Made by a program: the position numbers and the translations under genes. DNA of 64,000 nucleotides from Paraphysomonas bandaiensis (lineage: Eukaryota; Protista; Chrysophyceae): positions 1 through 64,000 of the forward strand of contig CBFFRP010000563.1 of assembly GCA_965644295.1 (NCBI GenBank), read 5' to 3'. Below, in pieces: positions 1-12,411 of this stretch (within the stretch, counting starts at the first letter, position 1; each line of letters opens with the position of its first letter). The notes under the pieces were generated by a model. The model saw only the letters and a program-made list of their open reading frames with translations, had not been told where the DNA came from and did no database searches.

Positions 1-614
1 GGTCTCCATCCTCATCCATTTGAGTGCATGGGTATCTTCCCCAACAAGTCAAACACATGCTGCGCAACATTCCGAGGCCCTAGAAAACTCTGACACTTTT
101 CCTCTAACTGCCGATCCAAACTACCCTTGTACCTTTCCCACCATATTGGCACCAGCGGCAGAATGTCGCCTTATATCCACATGCTCCCCGCTTCTTCCCG
201 TGTCGCAGTCTGTATTCCTGATAAAGGCCCTCTCTCATCCCTCCCTTCCTATATACCCCGCGTCGTTCTCCCATTCATCACTATCTGTTTCATCAACTTC
301 CTCCATTACACGCATCCTGTCTGAGGTCCTTCCATTGCTATCACAATAGCTGCTCTCTCTCCCTTCTGTATCCATAAACATCCTTGCCTTCTCTGATAAC
401 CCCTTCCCAGCAGCTAACAGCGCCTCTTGCTGAGCCTCCACATACTGTATCCTCTCCCCTATCTGGTTTAGTTCAGTCAGCTGGCTGAGCATCTTAATAC
501 CTGTCTCCATACTACCACTCAATAGTCTACTTCGATTCCGAGCCAATATTCACATTGACTGGTGCGTGTCACAGGTCAACCTTCATTCCTCACTTCCATT
601 CCCTAATTCTCTCA

Positions 615-1511
615 TCAACAGTCGATGTGTTCTCTTTCACTCTGTACACTTCTACTTAATCTCCCAATCTGTCCTTTTACACTCCGTTCTCTACTAGTAG
701 GCTCCACCAGCCATTCAGGTACTCTCATCTGCTTTTCTATCTCTTCTCCAAGACCTCTGGATAGGTCCCTAAAATTCACTTCTCTCGCATAATCCTCTCT
801 TTTACTATATCCAGGACCTCCTGATGGGCCCCTCAAATCTTCATCTTTCATATAATCATCTCTTCTACTATATCCAGGACCTCCTAATGGGCCCCTTAAA
901 TCTTCATCTTTCATATAATTATCTCCAGGACCTCCTAATGGGCCCCTTACATCTTCATCTGTTGCATAATCCTTTCTTCTAATATATCCAGGACCTCCTG
1001 ATGGGCCCCTCACATCATCTGCTCTTGCGTAAACATCTCTCCTTTTAATCTTCTCTTCTCTTCCTGTGCTCCTCCACGAGCTCTTCATATCATCTCTACT
1101 ACTCCTATCCCCCATCTCCAGGTCTCTGCCTCCAAGAATAGGATCACGCATCCATTCTATCTGCTCTGTAGACCTTCCAGACCAATTGGGTTGGGTTCCA
1201 CCTTTCCTGTCATCCATACTCTGCATCCTCAGCCCGTGCTCCAATAGGTCCTTCTGTGCATGGGACCGCAGTTCCTCCTTAGTCTCCTGTCTCTCCTCTC
1301 CCTCATGGTCTAGGCTGATACTCTCAATGTTTCCCTCTTCTGGCAAAGGCTCTCTCCGAGATCGTGCCGATAGTGCGCTGGGTGACGCATGGCTGAGTTG
1401 ATCACTCTCAACCACTGTACCCAGCCCACGTTGTCCACCAAGTGTAACGACTACGGGTGATTGAGCCTCGCTATCATGACTAACATTGCTGGTCTTATCA
1501 TCCCTGTCCAT
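615..1511 (-). CDS. Retrotransposon gag-region ORF with tandem D(V/L)RGP(S/L)GGPG repeats (probably degenerate)
   Basis: First ATG (MDRDDK) at 1511 lies inside the LTR and the frame reads through the PBS. Four ~51-63 nt repeats at ~770-1020. No catalytic motif is visible in the window. Confidence 0.45.
   Translation of the reverse strand: MDRDDKTSNVSHDSEAQSPVVVTLGGQRGLGTVVESDQLSHASPSALSARSRREPLPEEGNIESISLDHEGEERQETKEELRSHAQKDLLEHGLRMQSMDDRKGGTQPNWSGRSTEQIEWMRDPILGGRDLEMGDRSSRDDMKSSWRSTGREEKIKRRDVYARADDVRGPSGGPGYIRRKDYATDEDVRGPLGGPGDNYMKDEDLRGPLGGPGYSRRDDYMKDEDLRGPSGGPGYSKREDYAREVNFRDLSRGLGEEIEKQMRVPEWLVEPTSRERSVKGQIGRLSRSVQSEREHIDC
1425..1440 (-). promoter_or_regulatory. Primer binding site complementary to a tRNA 3' end, most likely tRNA-Ala
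   Basis: Plus strand CCCAC-GTTGTCC-A-CCA reads as T-stem 3' side, acceptor 3' side, discriminator A and CCA. U70/A73 fits Ala identity. It lies 2 nt from the LTR end. Confidence 0.65.
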
Positions 1512-2769
1512 GTGCACAGGTGATGTGGGGTAGGATAGTCTTCTCACAACACTCTTCACTTAACTTCCTCTTCTTACTCTTTACTTCGCTACTTCTTAAC
1601 TTTCAACTCAACTACAATATCAACTTTCACTATTATATCTAAAACTCCATATCCTTCTACCTATATCCCCATAGTTAGTTCTAGAAGTGGTTTCCCAGCC
1701 ATAAATAGCTAGTTTTCTACTTCCAGAAATAATCATATAGAAATCCCTTAACATCCTGCTATCTACTCCTATATCATCCTACAGAATACCTACGTATACC
1801 ATCATAATACTGTACGGGTTACCATAAACGTCCGTTACATCCGTATATACGGGTAGTTCCGGTACACTCCAACCCTATATCTGGCCTTAATACTCGTATC
1901 TTCTAATCTAATCATAACTACCATTTATTCTAACCTTTCCAACTATTCTGTGAATAGTACATCATGATAAAATACACACTTCAGTATACAACAACTAATG
2001 ATTTCACAAGACACAACAGTGCTCGTAAATAATTATGTAAAAGCCTTGTTATTACGTGATAGGAAAAGCCTTATAACTACGTTGTTATAGTGTAGACTTA
2101 GATCTTCGGAACGAGAAAAAATGCTGCATCGTTCGTTGTGACGAAGATTGGGTGCGCTCCTGTGAGTAGCATTTAGTCAATTCACAAGCGTTCTTGAAAA
2201 AATTGTAGAGAATAGCAGGAGCATTTTCACAACTACTTTGCATGGTAAGTCGTATACAACACGCATTGCATCATGAAATTGATTCAGAGTTACTGTAGAT
2301 GAAGAGGAAGTAGTATCAACACTCGTGTCAGTTAGATCATCATCTACCGTAGCTGTTAGTGGAGAAATAGAAAAAGCTTCGAAGCGCTCCTTGGCTTCCT
2401 CGATTTCAGCTTCTACGACCATAGGGTCACTCTCAACATCACACCACAATCCCACAGCACTGGCTCACTGCTCATCACTAAAAGAACTCATCTCATTAAT
2501 TCCTAAAGCGATATCAGGCACATCCGCAAGCTCCTTTACTTTGATACACTCTTCCACACTTTACGTAGTCAACCAGATGAAACACGAGAAGACTTCAGTG
2601 TCTTAATTGTCATTTCGCAGTCCACCAGGATCGGATGAGGTCTGAATACACTAATCAGGCATAGTCTTTAGTCTTCTGCTTCCAATAGAATCAACTCAAG
2701 TCGCATTGATTAACTTTATAATGAACTTAATGAACTCTTCTTTTGATTCTTGTAGTCTGGAGATCGGCA

Positions 2770-2909
2770 GTCAGCATCTTATTTTTCGGGAATAAATTGA
2801 AGCAAAAATACTCTATGCAACTGTAGTATAACTACGGTTAGAATACATATTATTGTTGTCTCAATATTAGAGGCATATTTGAACAAAAATATACCAAGGA
2901 TGCCGATAC
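2770..2909 (+). repeat. Dispersed ~140-bp repeat, copy 1
   Basis: Shares ATAACTACGG..AGAATAC..TTGTCTCAATATTAGAGGCATAT..GAACAAAAAT..GGATGCCGATAC with 53098-53229 (+) and 61847-61987 (-). Confidence 0.85.
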
Positions 2910-3068
2910 GTTGTGCATATCGATTTCATCGATTAGTTCATCGTTTATTTCATCGAAAAATCATCGTTTTTTCATTAAAAAGTCACTTTTTTTCACTTTT
3001 CACTGAAAAAACAATGATTTTTCGATGAAATAAACGATGAACTAATCGATGAAATCGATATGCACAAC
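2910..3068. repeat. Foldback/MITE-like palindrome, ~65-bp arms
   Basis: GTTGTGCATATCGATTTCATCGATTAGTTCATCGTTTATTTCATCGAAAAATCAT... is mirrored by its reverse complement ending ...GATATGCACAAC. No clear TSD. Confidence 0.85.
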
Positions 3069-3230
3069 CACCTGCTGTGTATGTTTCAATTTCAAACAAT
3101 TCAAATGCAAATATTGCAATTGATATTTATTAATCTTGCACATGTTGATCAGTTCTAGCCTACCATAGCCTTCCATAGCCTTAATGCTTGCATCTTCGAT
3201 CCTGATTTTGCAATGTAGATGGTGGTTTGG

Positions 3231-4352
3231 TCATATGAGAGTTAGGCTTCTTGCTGCTGTAATTGATATCGTGCAGCCCGAGTCTAGAATGCTAAAATCC
3301 TGCTTCTCGTGTTCTGTATGTAGGACATGATTGTCTGTGATCATCCCAGAGAATGCACTGCAGTCATTGTCATCGTTTGGCCCCTCATCGTCATAGTCTT
3401 CCAGTCTTAAGTTCGAATCCCGATGACTGTTTCTTGGGTATTTTGATGATGTGTTCTTGGAGTGATGCCCTTTCCCTCTTTTGTCGTCGTTTCGTTTGTT
3501 TGTGGACTTCTGCAACTGTTGGATGTATTCCCAAGAGTGCTTGCACTTAACTTCACGCGACTTTGCACTTGTAGCTCTGGGCTTGTTGAATTTCTTGTGC
3601 TTTTGCTTTTTCGATAGACGGGGGTTAAACGGCTGTTTGCCTGTTGAGCTGTAGTTTGTGCTATCCCGTTTGGTTTCCGTATTTTGTGATAGTAGGGAGC
3701 CTACAGTGGAATGCTCGAATGCTCTCAATCTTCTTATAATTATCATCGCTTTATAATCATCAATTAGGTTCATTTGAAGGTTGATTGCCAGGTCCTTATA
3801 GTTCTGTTTCTCATTTTGAGACCATCCCTTGTGGCCGTTTGAAGCGAGCTTTAATCGCAATTTTTTGACTTCGTCCAGAAATTGATTGATTGTTTGAGTT
3901 TGCTTGATTTTGATTAATTGCAGTTGGCCAATGAGGTCAGTTATCGTGTCGTTTGAGGTTTTGTCTTTGAAATGCTTTTCGATCTCTGACCATGCCCTTT
4001 TTCCATCTCCTTCAGGGACTGTTTCGATAATACCCTCTGCTTCCTCGTTTTGGCCAATCACCGCGCTGGATATAAGTGACCATAGGTAATTGTTGCCCTC
4101 CTCGAAATACTGCATATTTTCGTCGTAGACGTTTTTTATGTATTGGTAGTCCTCTTCTGTTTCATCCTCTTGACGTATAGGCTCCTCTGGGGCATCGTTT
4201 CTTGGGATGTATACTATCTTAGGCTTACGAAACAACCAGGCCCTACTTTTCTTCTGCCATTTTGAGAAGTTCTTAGCGTCGAAGGGTGGCATGGAATCCT
4301 TCCTCGTGTCCGATGAATCGGAGTTATCGTAACTGTTAGTTTTAGAACTCAT
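3231..4352 (-). mobile_element. Ty1/copia gag-protease remnant (truncated)
   Basis: Copia gag-like FDAKNFSKW and GDGKRAWSEIEKHF segments and aspartic protease motif ILDSGCT. Frame breaks after the protease, and no integrase or RT follows. Confidence 0.8.
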
Positions 4353-4394
4353 CCGCTGCCAAAATAAGATTTAAAGCTACGAGTCTTGGTATTT

Positions 4395-4632
4395 TGTAAA
4401 GATACACTTGGTATTATTAGAGAAAATGATTGAATGATTAGGCCTAATAGTAAAATAACAAGACACATTTGAGCAGAGCGTTAGCACCATACATATGTGC
4501 GTATCTTGTACAGTCGCGTATCATATATAGTTTGGTAATTATTCAGTCTATATGGTATTTTATTTTAGATTATACCGTGAATACTACGTCATACTAAGAC
4601 TACACGTCTACCATTAGTGCGTATCTTTACCA
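4395..4632 (-). repeat. Candidate 5' LTR of the copia remnant
   Basis: TG...CA bounded with a terminal inverted repeat (TGTAAAGATAC / GTATCTTTACCA), directly upstream of gag. No second copy in the window to confirm. Confidence 0.35.
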
Positions 4633-4767
4633 AAGTTCATTTCTACTTTTCATTTTCTCATAGTGTCAACACCATAAAGTATTGCACCTTAGCACTTAAT
4701 AATTAGTAGATAACTACTAGCTACATTCAAAATTGTGCTAATCTCAACATTTCAATCTTCATATAGT

Positions 4768-7700
4768 TCACACCGCTTGAGAATGGTAGTTTCCATCTGA
4801 CACCTCCTGAGTCGCCACTGCCACTCTGATCCCCTCCTTCTCCCTCATCATTCGCATGCCAATAATGCAGCACACAGACAGCACAAGAACGACACAGACA
4901 CATATCAATGCCACATATAAAGTGGACAAAGAAGTGGACGAAGATGAAGACGAAGAGGGGTTACTGGTGGCCCCGGACGTGGACACACATGAGCCCAGCA
5001 TAGATGGAAGAAATTCGCCACTCTCAGTGCAATAAGCAACCTGGCCATCAACTAGCACATAGTCATCACCACATACTAAAGTCAATGTGTCTCCGACGAG
5101 CATCCCAGAGGCTTCCAGGTAACCGCCTGTGTAGTTAGTGCTATTCGAAACATCATTAACAGAACAAGTAATCACAACAGTTTCTGAAACGACTCTTTCA
5201 GTATCAGCACTCTGAACTGAGTCCACAGTTGCCAAAGCAAAGCTCTCGTCCCCAGTTGCCAAATAATCAAAGATGCACTCAGATACACACGAACATAGTA
5301 CTTCTGCGGGGCTTAAATCGGTCACATTTCCGGTGTGTAGTAAAGCCAGACAATCAGTGTTGGATAACGAGTCTGAGGAGTCACTCAACATGGTAGGGTT
5401 GAAATCAGGGCGCTGAAAGGACGAGAAAGGCTGCGATGTCGTATAATGGAAGGCGCTATGGGATTCATCCTCTATTGCCCAGGACATCCCAAAGGTATAG
5501 TGAATATCGTGGGATGAGGAATTGGACGGCAAGACAGACCCATCTTTGGCAGTAAAGTCGTCTTCGGGAAGGCCATTGTACACCCCATAGAGTCCCCAAG
5601 TTTTGTGCTGCATCGAAGTGTGCACTGAACACTGCACCGCCAATCCATTTTTCTTGAGAATAACATTCAAAATCATTACTCCTGGAATCGATACAATGAC
5701 CTCAGCCATTGTTGTCGTATTCATGGTGACTACCAATTCACCGATGTCGATAGACGGAATCTGAGCACTAAAGGTGACTGCAGCCCCGTCTATCCGCACC
5801 AGCAACTGTGAACCAAGTCGACTAATTTGAACTTGCGTTTCCCAGACACCTGATGTTGCATTGGCCCCAGCCAGCGGTAGGCCAACAGCAATCGCTGTAA
5901 TTTCTGATGCTCCGGATGACCCCACTTCTTCCATTCTGGATTGGACAACAATAAAAGTATTGTTATCCGACATATCCCACGCTCCCTGGCCAGTCATGTG
6001 AGTGCCAATCATGTAGTGAAAATCGCCCACGCCGTTGAAAATGTACTTCATATTATCAACGCTGACGATGTGAGGGTCTCCAAAGGCAAATCCAGGAGTA
6101 TTAAATTGTGCATCACAGTTACTTTCGATAGGGCGCAAGTACAAATACACAGGTAAATAAAACTTTTTCAAGTGATAGTAGGGTAACACATCCCAAACAA
6201 AATGTAAGAGTGTCCCAATATAGGCGAAGTACTTGTAATGATATCTGTCTGCCGTTCCTCCACCAGTTGGGCTTGTGTTTAAATTTCCATTTGCTGAATA
6301 GCAACATTGATTGCTAGATCCATCCACACTGGGATTGGCTTGTCGGTAACAAACTGCACTGCCCTTGTGAAGACTACAGCTTGACCCTTTCCTACAGCCA
6401 GGATCCTCCTTCCATAGCTCCCCTCGAATTTGCTGTTCTCGACAAGGACACCTCCTTAAGTGTCTGAAGTGATAATAGTACTTGTCATGATATTCCTTTG
6501 TAACTGTGTACCCCCTAATCTGAACGGTCGCGTCGTCATCTTCAGGGATGTGATGCAAACGTCGTCCATTGTACTGACTGAATTGGCTGCGACTTTTGCG
6601 GGGCGCAGTAATTGCGGGTTCGATATTCTGATGTACTTCCAGGGACAACGATGACGAAGTGGACCCGAAAACAAAGCATGACATTTCCGATCTAAGAGCG
6701 ATGTAGTGCTGTGTGGATGTAGTGCCGCTGTTGCTGTTGTTGAGAAATACACCATAATTCTCCAAATAAGCTACAGGATCAATATGCGAGTCGCCTTGAA
6801 CGAGGAGACTGGTTGGCACCAGCTCAAAATACCCCACAAGCTCTACTCCACCATTAAAAACTGCTGCCACATCCCCACCTGAAATGGACAACGAGCCCGT
6901 ATTGGGAAAACTTGACCCCACCAGAGTTGCATCAAATTCAGTTGCATGCTCAGCGTCGTCAGCTGACACAAAAACAAGTCGCAAGGCCAACTTATCAGCA
7001 CCCCATACCCTGTCAGCATCCCAGCTCAGTGATATTAACAATCCTTCTGCATCGTCAGAAATACATATGGGTGCATCACTTTCGTCACTGGTTACTACTT
7101 GAGTAAGAAGCGGTGGGGTCGTTTCTGTATGGGCCGTGTAATAGACGGTATTGAAAGACACGGTGGAAGTCTCATCACCACCAGCCTGGTCCATAATATC
7201 GATTCGGACGGTGTTGGAGCCCTGGCGCCCCATATAAGGAACATTACACACAACTTCCGTGGCGCTGATACGTACAGCTTCGACTGCAACAATATTCTTG
7301 TCCTCAGAGGTGGAAAAGTAATTAACGGTGGCGAATGAGCATGTGACAAGCGCAGTTTCGCCAAAACAAGCAGCCGATGTCGCACGTATTGTCATAATTT
7401 CTCCACCCACAAAATTTCCGATTACTGGGGAAACAAACATTTTGGCATCGTGAGAGCAATTTCCGCTATTAGAAACGTCTTGCACTGAAGCACTACCCAC
7501 AGAAAACATAAACACCCCAGCAAGGCCCACATTGGACATGCTATCGATATCAATTGCATGAGGAACATTAGGGTCTGAGGTGTTGTCACGAGGAGAAAAG
7601 AGGGAATGAAACCTCTCTCGATCCCCAGCATCCAAGCCAACAGAGACATAATTGTCGCCATAACCACCTATCCACTCGATGGACTCATACAGGAACAGCA

Positions 7701-9227
7701 CAAATGAGTCCACACCGTCCGTGACAAGAACACACTGGAAGGTGTCTCGGGGGTCTGCATTCCCTCTCGAACTGAACGGTGGTACATTCACGAAAGTCAC
7801 AATGAAAGCGTTGGTGGAAGAGTAAGCTGGCGGTACCAAGTGCTCGATGTGGCCCGCCAGCATGGAGTCCACCTCACTCAGCAATGCACTGTCCTGGCTA
7901 GAGCGATACAAAATGGAACAATCGTCGCATCGTGAGATGTCGATATCATGCCACAACGGAACGATGAGAGGAACGTCACCAGTCGTGGGTATGGGTCTAG
8001 GAGTAAAGTTATTCACGTGTAGCAAGAAAGACAAAAGCCCATTTGTGCTGATAATGATTTCGGTGTAGTACTCGCCAAAGAATGGAAAATAAAAAGGTAA
8101 AAAGACTCTGGTGGTGTCGTCATCTCTCTGCGGTACGGGAGTATCAATACAATGACCATGTGGAAATAGCAGTGGTGTGGACAAATTGATTCTGTGTGAG
8201 CAAGGGGTGGGTGAGAAGGTGGGTTCAAATGTGGGCTCAGATGTTGGCCCTGCAGTAGGTGCTAGAGAACTGGTGGGCATGGTGCTTAAAGTCGGGAGGA
8301 GAGAGGGCCGTGATGACGTCGGAGTGGATGTGGAGGGCGTGTGAGTCGGATAAGCAGTTGTAGGAGAGGTGGTGGGTGGCAATGATGATGAAAAATTCAA
8401 TACCAAGGAAGTGAATACCACATATCTCGTGTCCTCATTATAGACAAAGTCGTCATCGCCATAACTGTATTCGTAATTATACACATCGTCGTCAAATTGC
8501 GCCCAACTGCCATATTCATAATCATCATAGTTGTAGTAGTCATCGTCATCACTTGCTCTCCGCTGGTTCTTACCGACAAACAAATAGAGGGGCGTGGTGG
8601 CAGCACCAAGGGGGGGGGTCTGCAGATCTTCGCATTTGTCATCATAGAAGTAGGCCATGCCATTCGCATTGATCCCAACACGGATATTGTAATCGGTGAG
8701 GTTGGAGCACTCTTCCCTATCAGTGAAGAAGAGATTGTTAGATGCATAGGAAATGGCTTTCCAACCACAGTTCCACGAGAATCGAACGAAAGGCACATTA
8801 GACGAGAATGAGGTCTGCAATTGCATGGGATCAGAACTCAGCAATAATGTATGCTGATCACATGAACTCCTTTTAACAACAGTAGCTGATATTTCCAGAG
8901 GAGAGTACAAATTAGAGACGTATCGCGGAAGTCTACGGGAACCGATTCCGCCAGCGTATCCAGAGGAGCTACAATATTATCACCATAATTACGGAGGCAA
9001 GTTGTGGCGCACTATCATTTACGATACCTGAATTCTCCGGCAGAAGAAATCAATGTGCATGCGTCATTTTCACACGACTCCACATCAGCAATCAGTGAGG
9101 ATGCAAAGTCAGACGTCGGTGATAGCCACAAATCTGGAGAAATCAGATCAAGATTTGCATTCCCAAACTGGAAGCCAAGTCCAGAAAATAGCAAGATTAC
9201 AACATAAAATGAATCTATTCTCATCAT
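4768..9227 (-). CDS. Mesh/SUSD2/MUC4-like type I membrane protein: signal peptide, Thr/Pro stalk, NIDO, IPT, AMOP, vWD, Sushi, TM (~1466 aa; intron 8969-9027)
   Basis: NIDO (PLWHDID, TFQCVLVTDG..SFVLFLY..IEW), IPT (SPVIGNFVGGEIMTI), AMOP (CPC..WKEDPGC..NQCCY), vWD starting FGDPH, Sushi (GDTLTLVCGDDYVL..C..G) and a C-terminal hydrophobic helix. A phase-2 GT-AG intron joins the signal-peptide ORF 9015-9227 in frame. Confidence 0.85.
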
Positions 9228-9646
9228 CTTATCACTTTATCTTCTTTACTCGCATAGTATGTGCATAAAACATAATAATAACATGCATAAGTCAACAACG
9301 TGTGCATCAATTTCAGGATTTCAAGATTTCAGGATTTCAAGATTTCAGGAAATGTCCGTGTATTGTCCCGTTAGTTAAGTATGACTGCATAGTACTGTAC
9401 GTACAGCACTGCCAGAAGAGTGGAATCATATCGCCAATTTCAGGATTCAGAAAGAAAATCCAGGCTTTTTTGATGCATGTTGTTATATTTCAGAGATATA
9501 ACGAAAAAAGGTCGATTTTTTTGCTGAGTCGATTTATTCCCACAGACGGGATTTCAGGATTTCAGGAAATATCCATGTATTATCTCGTTGGTTATGTACT
9601 GTATGGTATACAAATCGCTAATTTCTAATTTTTAAATCCTATAAAT

Positions 9647-10003
9647 CCCCCTCCCCCCCGTTCGTACCCCCCGTCATCGCATTTAACATGTAACCCTTCG
9701 AGTCATCTCCCCCGTACCCTACATAGTACCCCCCGGATATAACACCCCATACATCTAGGTAAACCCCCCTCCCCCCGTTTACCCCCCCGGATATAATAAC
9801 CCATACCTTTAAACCCCTCTCCCCCCCGTTCCCATTACTAGTGCCCCCCGTCATCGTATGTAACCCTTCGAGTCACTTTGTATACCCTCTCCCCCCGTAC
9901 CCATATCTAGTACCCCCCCGGATATAACACCCCATATACTCTACCTTTCAACCCCTCTCCCCCCCGTTCCCATTACAGTGTCCCCGGTCATCTGTAACCC
10001 TTA
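9647..10003. repeat. Degenerate C-tract tandem repeat (G-quadruplex-prone on the minus strand)
   Basis: Recurrent CCCCTCCCCCCCGT, TACCCCCCGGATATAACACCCC and GTAACCCTTCGAGTCA modules. Confidence 0.75.
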
Positions 10004-10234
10004 AATATCCTTCACTTCCATTCACTTCATTAGATGAAAGTTCACCATGAAGTTCAACTGATATCTTTACATACATTTTCATACATTACATACACACCCA
10101 TACAGTCCATCTTCTCGTCTATATATATACACATATCTCTATATATAACACACTTATCCTCTTCATGATATAATCAGTACCTTATACATCAATAGACTCT
10201 ATCAGTCATCATCTGATAGTGTTATTGAAGGGAA

Positions 10235-11837
10235 ATGGAATCATTAATTGATGTTCATACGGAAAGATTTCATACAGAGATGATGAATCAGTTGAGCCCT
10301 CAGCAACTCCATAAAACTCAAGGTAGTTTGGATATTTATAGTGATAATGGACTCTGTATGAGTTGCAGTGAGTTGCTGTGAGTTGCTGTGTGTCTCTTTA
10401 TATCAACTGCAGGCTATAGTGACATACATACATATACATACATACATACATACATACATGCATACGAGACTATGCATACATACATATGAGTGTATATACA
10501 TACATATGAGGCTATACATACATGTGTACACATACACGTGAGTGCATCTATACATACATATGAGGCTATAGTAACATACATACATGTCTATATACACATA
10601 CGCGTTTATAGCATCACCTCACGATTTGTATGTAGGGTGTGCTTTGACAGCTCCAGGGAGTCCTCCGCATCGGCGGTCGTACATCTCTTACTCTAACGCT
10701 TCTAGCCCATCAAGCCTTTCTCAGCTATCGTATTCACCAAGTAACAAGGACTTCCCTGCATCTCATTCCTCCCATTCCGTCAATTGCATTGAGCTGGAAA
10801 CAGTGAGGTGTATATCCAGCCGTATGGCTGAGACAATACAGAAAGCAGAGAGAGACGGATACATTCCTCCCGAAACGTATTCTGTTTTCAACAGAGAGGG
10901 GTGTACTCAGGCATATTTTCCTGAGGTAGAATTGCTAATTTTGTTTCATTCATGTGGATATGTGTATTCTGCCTTTCGTGGCATTTGTTGTCTCACAAAC
11001 TATTTCTCACTTTCATTTTTTTAGAGTTATGGGAGTGATGCCATTGAATTTCTTTTCACGATTATTCAAGAGGAAACTCAGATGGAGTACGAATGTGTAC
11101 TGATTGCTCTCATTTATCTCGAACGACTCTCGATATCCACATATAATGATTTTCGCCTGTGTGCACTGAATTGGAGACACGCTCTATTTACTTGTATGCT
11201 TTTGGCTAGCAAGATATGGGATGACTTTTCATTGAGTAACGCAGAATTCGCAGACGTTTTTACGAACATGCCGCTGGCTCGCCTCAATAAACTGGAAAGT
11301 ACTGCACTGAATATGCTCCATTTTGATATGATGGTGTTGGAAGACGAGTATATGGAGCTCTTTAATTCTATTCACGAAGTTGTGTACATAGCCAAGTACA
11401 GAAGGTATAAGAAGGTGGACTATATAAGCGAGGAATTGGTCGAGCAAACGGCAACTGATATCAGTGGCTTAACTCTACGTACCACCGATGATGTAGACTG
11501 CTTGCAGGAATTTTACTGCCATGATAAACCTTCTAACCATCGCGTAAGGGTCAAACCACTAAATATGACAACACTGGAAACATCACTACATTGTTATATG
11601 CCAAGTAAGTACACTGGAGATCCCAAACAACAATCTGAGTCATACACTTCGAAACAAAAGAACCGTCGCAATTCTATCACGAAAGGGGTTGCCAAGATAC
11701 TAGCAGGTATTGCGTCGCACTTTCGCCCCAGAAAAAAGTCTATTGGTTCTGTATCTGATGACGGAAAGGTTTATGTGGAGACATCAACTACCGATGTCAC
11801 GAACACTTCCACCGTGACTTCTTTCGTGCTTTCGTAG
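10235..11837 (+). CDS. Cyclin Y/PHO80-like cyclin (exons ~10235-10322, 10612-10925, 11025-11837)
   Basis: Cyclin box IALIYLERL...NWR...MLLASKIWDD..SNAEF...LNKLE..L. GT-AG junctions are phase-consistent. The first exon is less certain. Confidence 0.8.
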
Positions 11838-12411
11838 CCCATAACTATTGGAATTCGCTCTCATTTGAGAGAATCGATATCCTCCGTGTTTTTGGTTGCA
11901 GTGTATTTTTTATACTACTTTTTTTGAACATATATGACCATATATGTTTTGTGTGTGTAATCTACCTTGATATGATATGTTAAATATTGTACTAGCGTGA
12001 GCTGGTATTGTTACATTACTTCTTCTTGGCTTTATAGATATTTTGTTTGTGAATGCGTGAACCATATGTCGTTTGTATGAGACATGTTGCCATTGTGTGA
12101 TGCTCTTGAGTCCTGTGATGACCACTGGGTAGAAAGTTCCCTCAATCTCAAGTAATGGCTTGTTTAGTAATTGTGTTTTTTTTGCTTCAATATTAGGTAG
12201 CATATATGTGTTTCGATTGCAGCTGTTATTCCTTATTTTTTTTAGAATTTTTTATTTGGATTCACTAATAATAATTGGATGACTTAAATCATGAGAACGC
12301 TCTGAATAGAAAAGAATGAAGTGAATAAAGAATGTGTTTATTCTCACTTTTGTCTAAAAAAGTGTTTATTCAGCTTCTTCAATGTTTGGCTCCAACAGAA
12401 ACTCTCTTAGT

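Larger units (their letters stand above)
1..1924 (-). mobile_element. 5' part of an LTR retrotransposon (5' LTR portion 1443-1924, PBS, gag-region ORFs), runs off the window
   Basis: 1443-1924 is nearly identical to 15962-16441. On the minus strand the repeat ends ...GTTACA and is followed 2 nt later by TGGTGGACAACGTGGG (PBS). The adjacent ORFs (615-1559, 235-546) are broken by stops. Confidence 0.75.

Noticed and set aside
1405-1440. tRNA gene
   Set aside because: Only the 3' 16 nt including an encoded CCA are present, with no T-loop, D-arm or anticodon arm. It is better explained as a PBS.
2177-2700. Transposase remnant
   Set aside because: Protein-like but fragmented, with no diagnostic catalytic motif.
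4354-4362. tRNA-Leu PBS (TGGCAGCGG) for the copia remnant
   Set aside because: It lacks the leading TGG expected for the CCA end and is ~30 nt from the candidate LTR, so it is too weak to call.
9647-10003. Telomeric repeat tract
   Set aside because: TAACCC words are isolated, not tandem.
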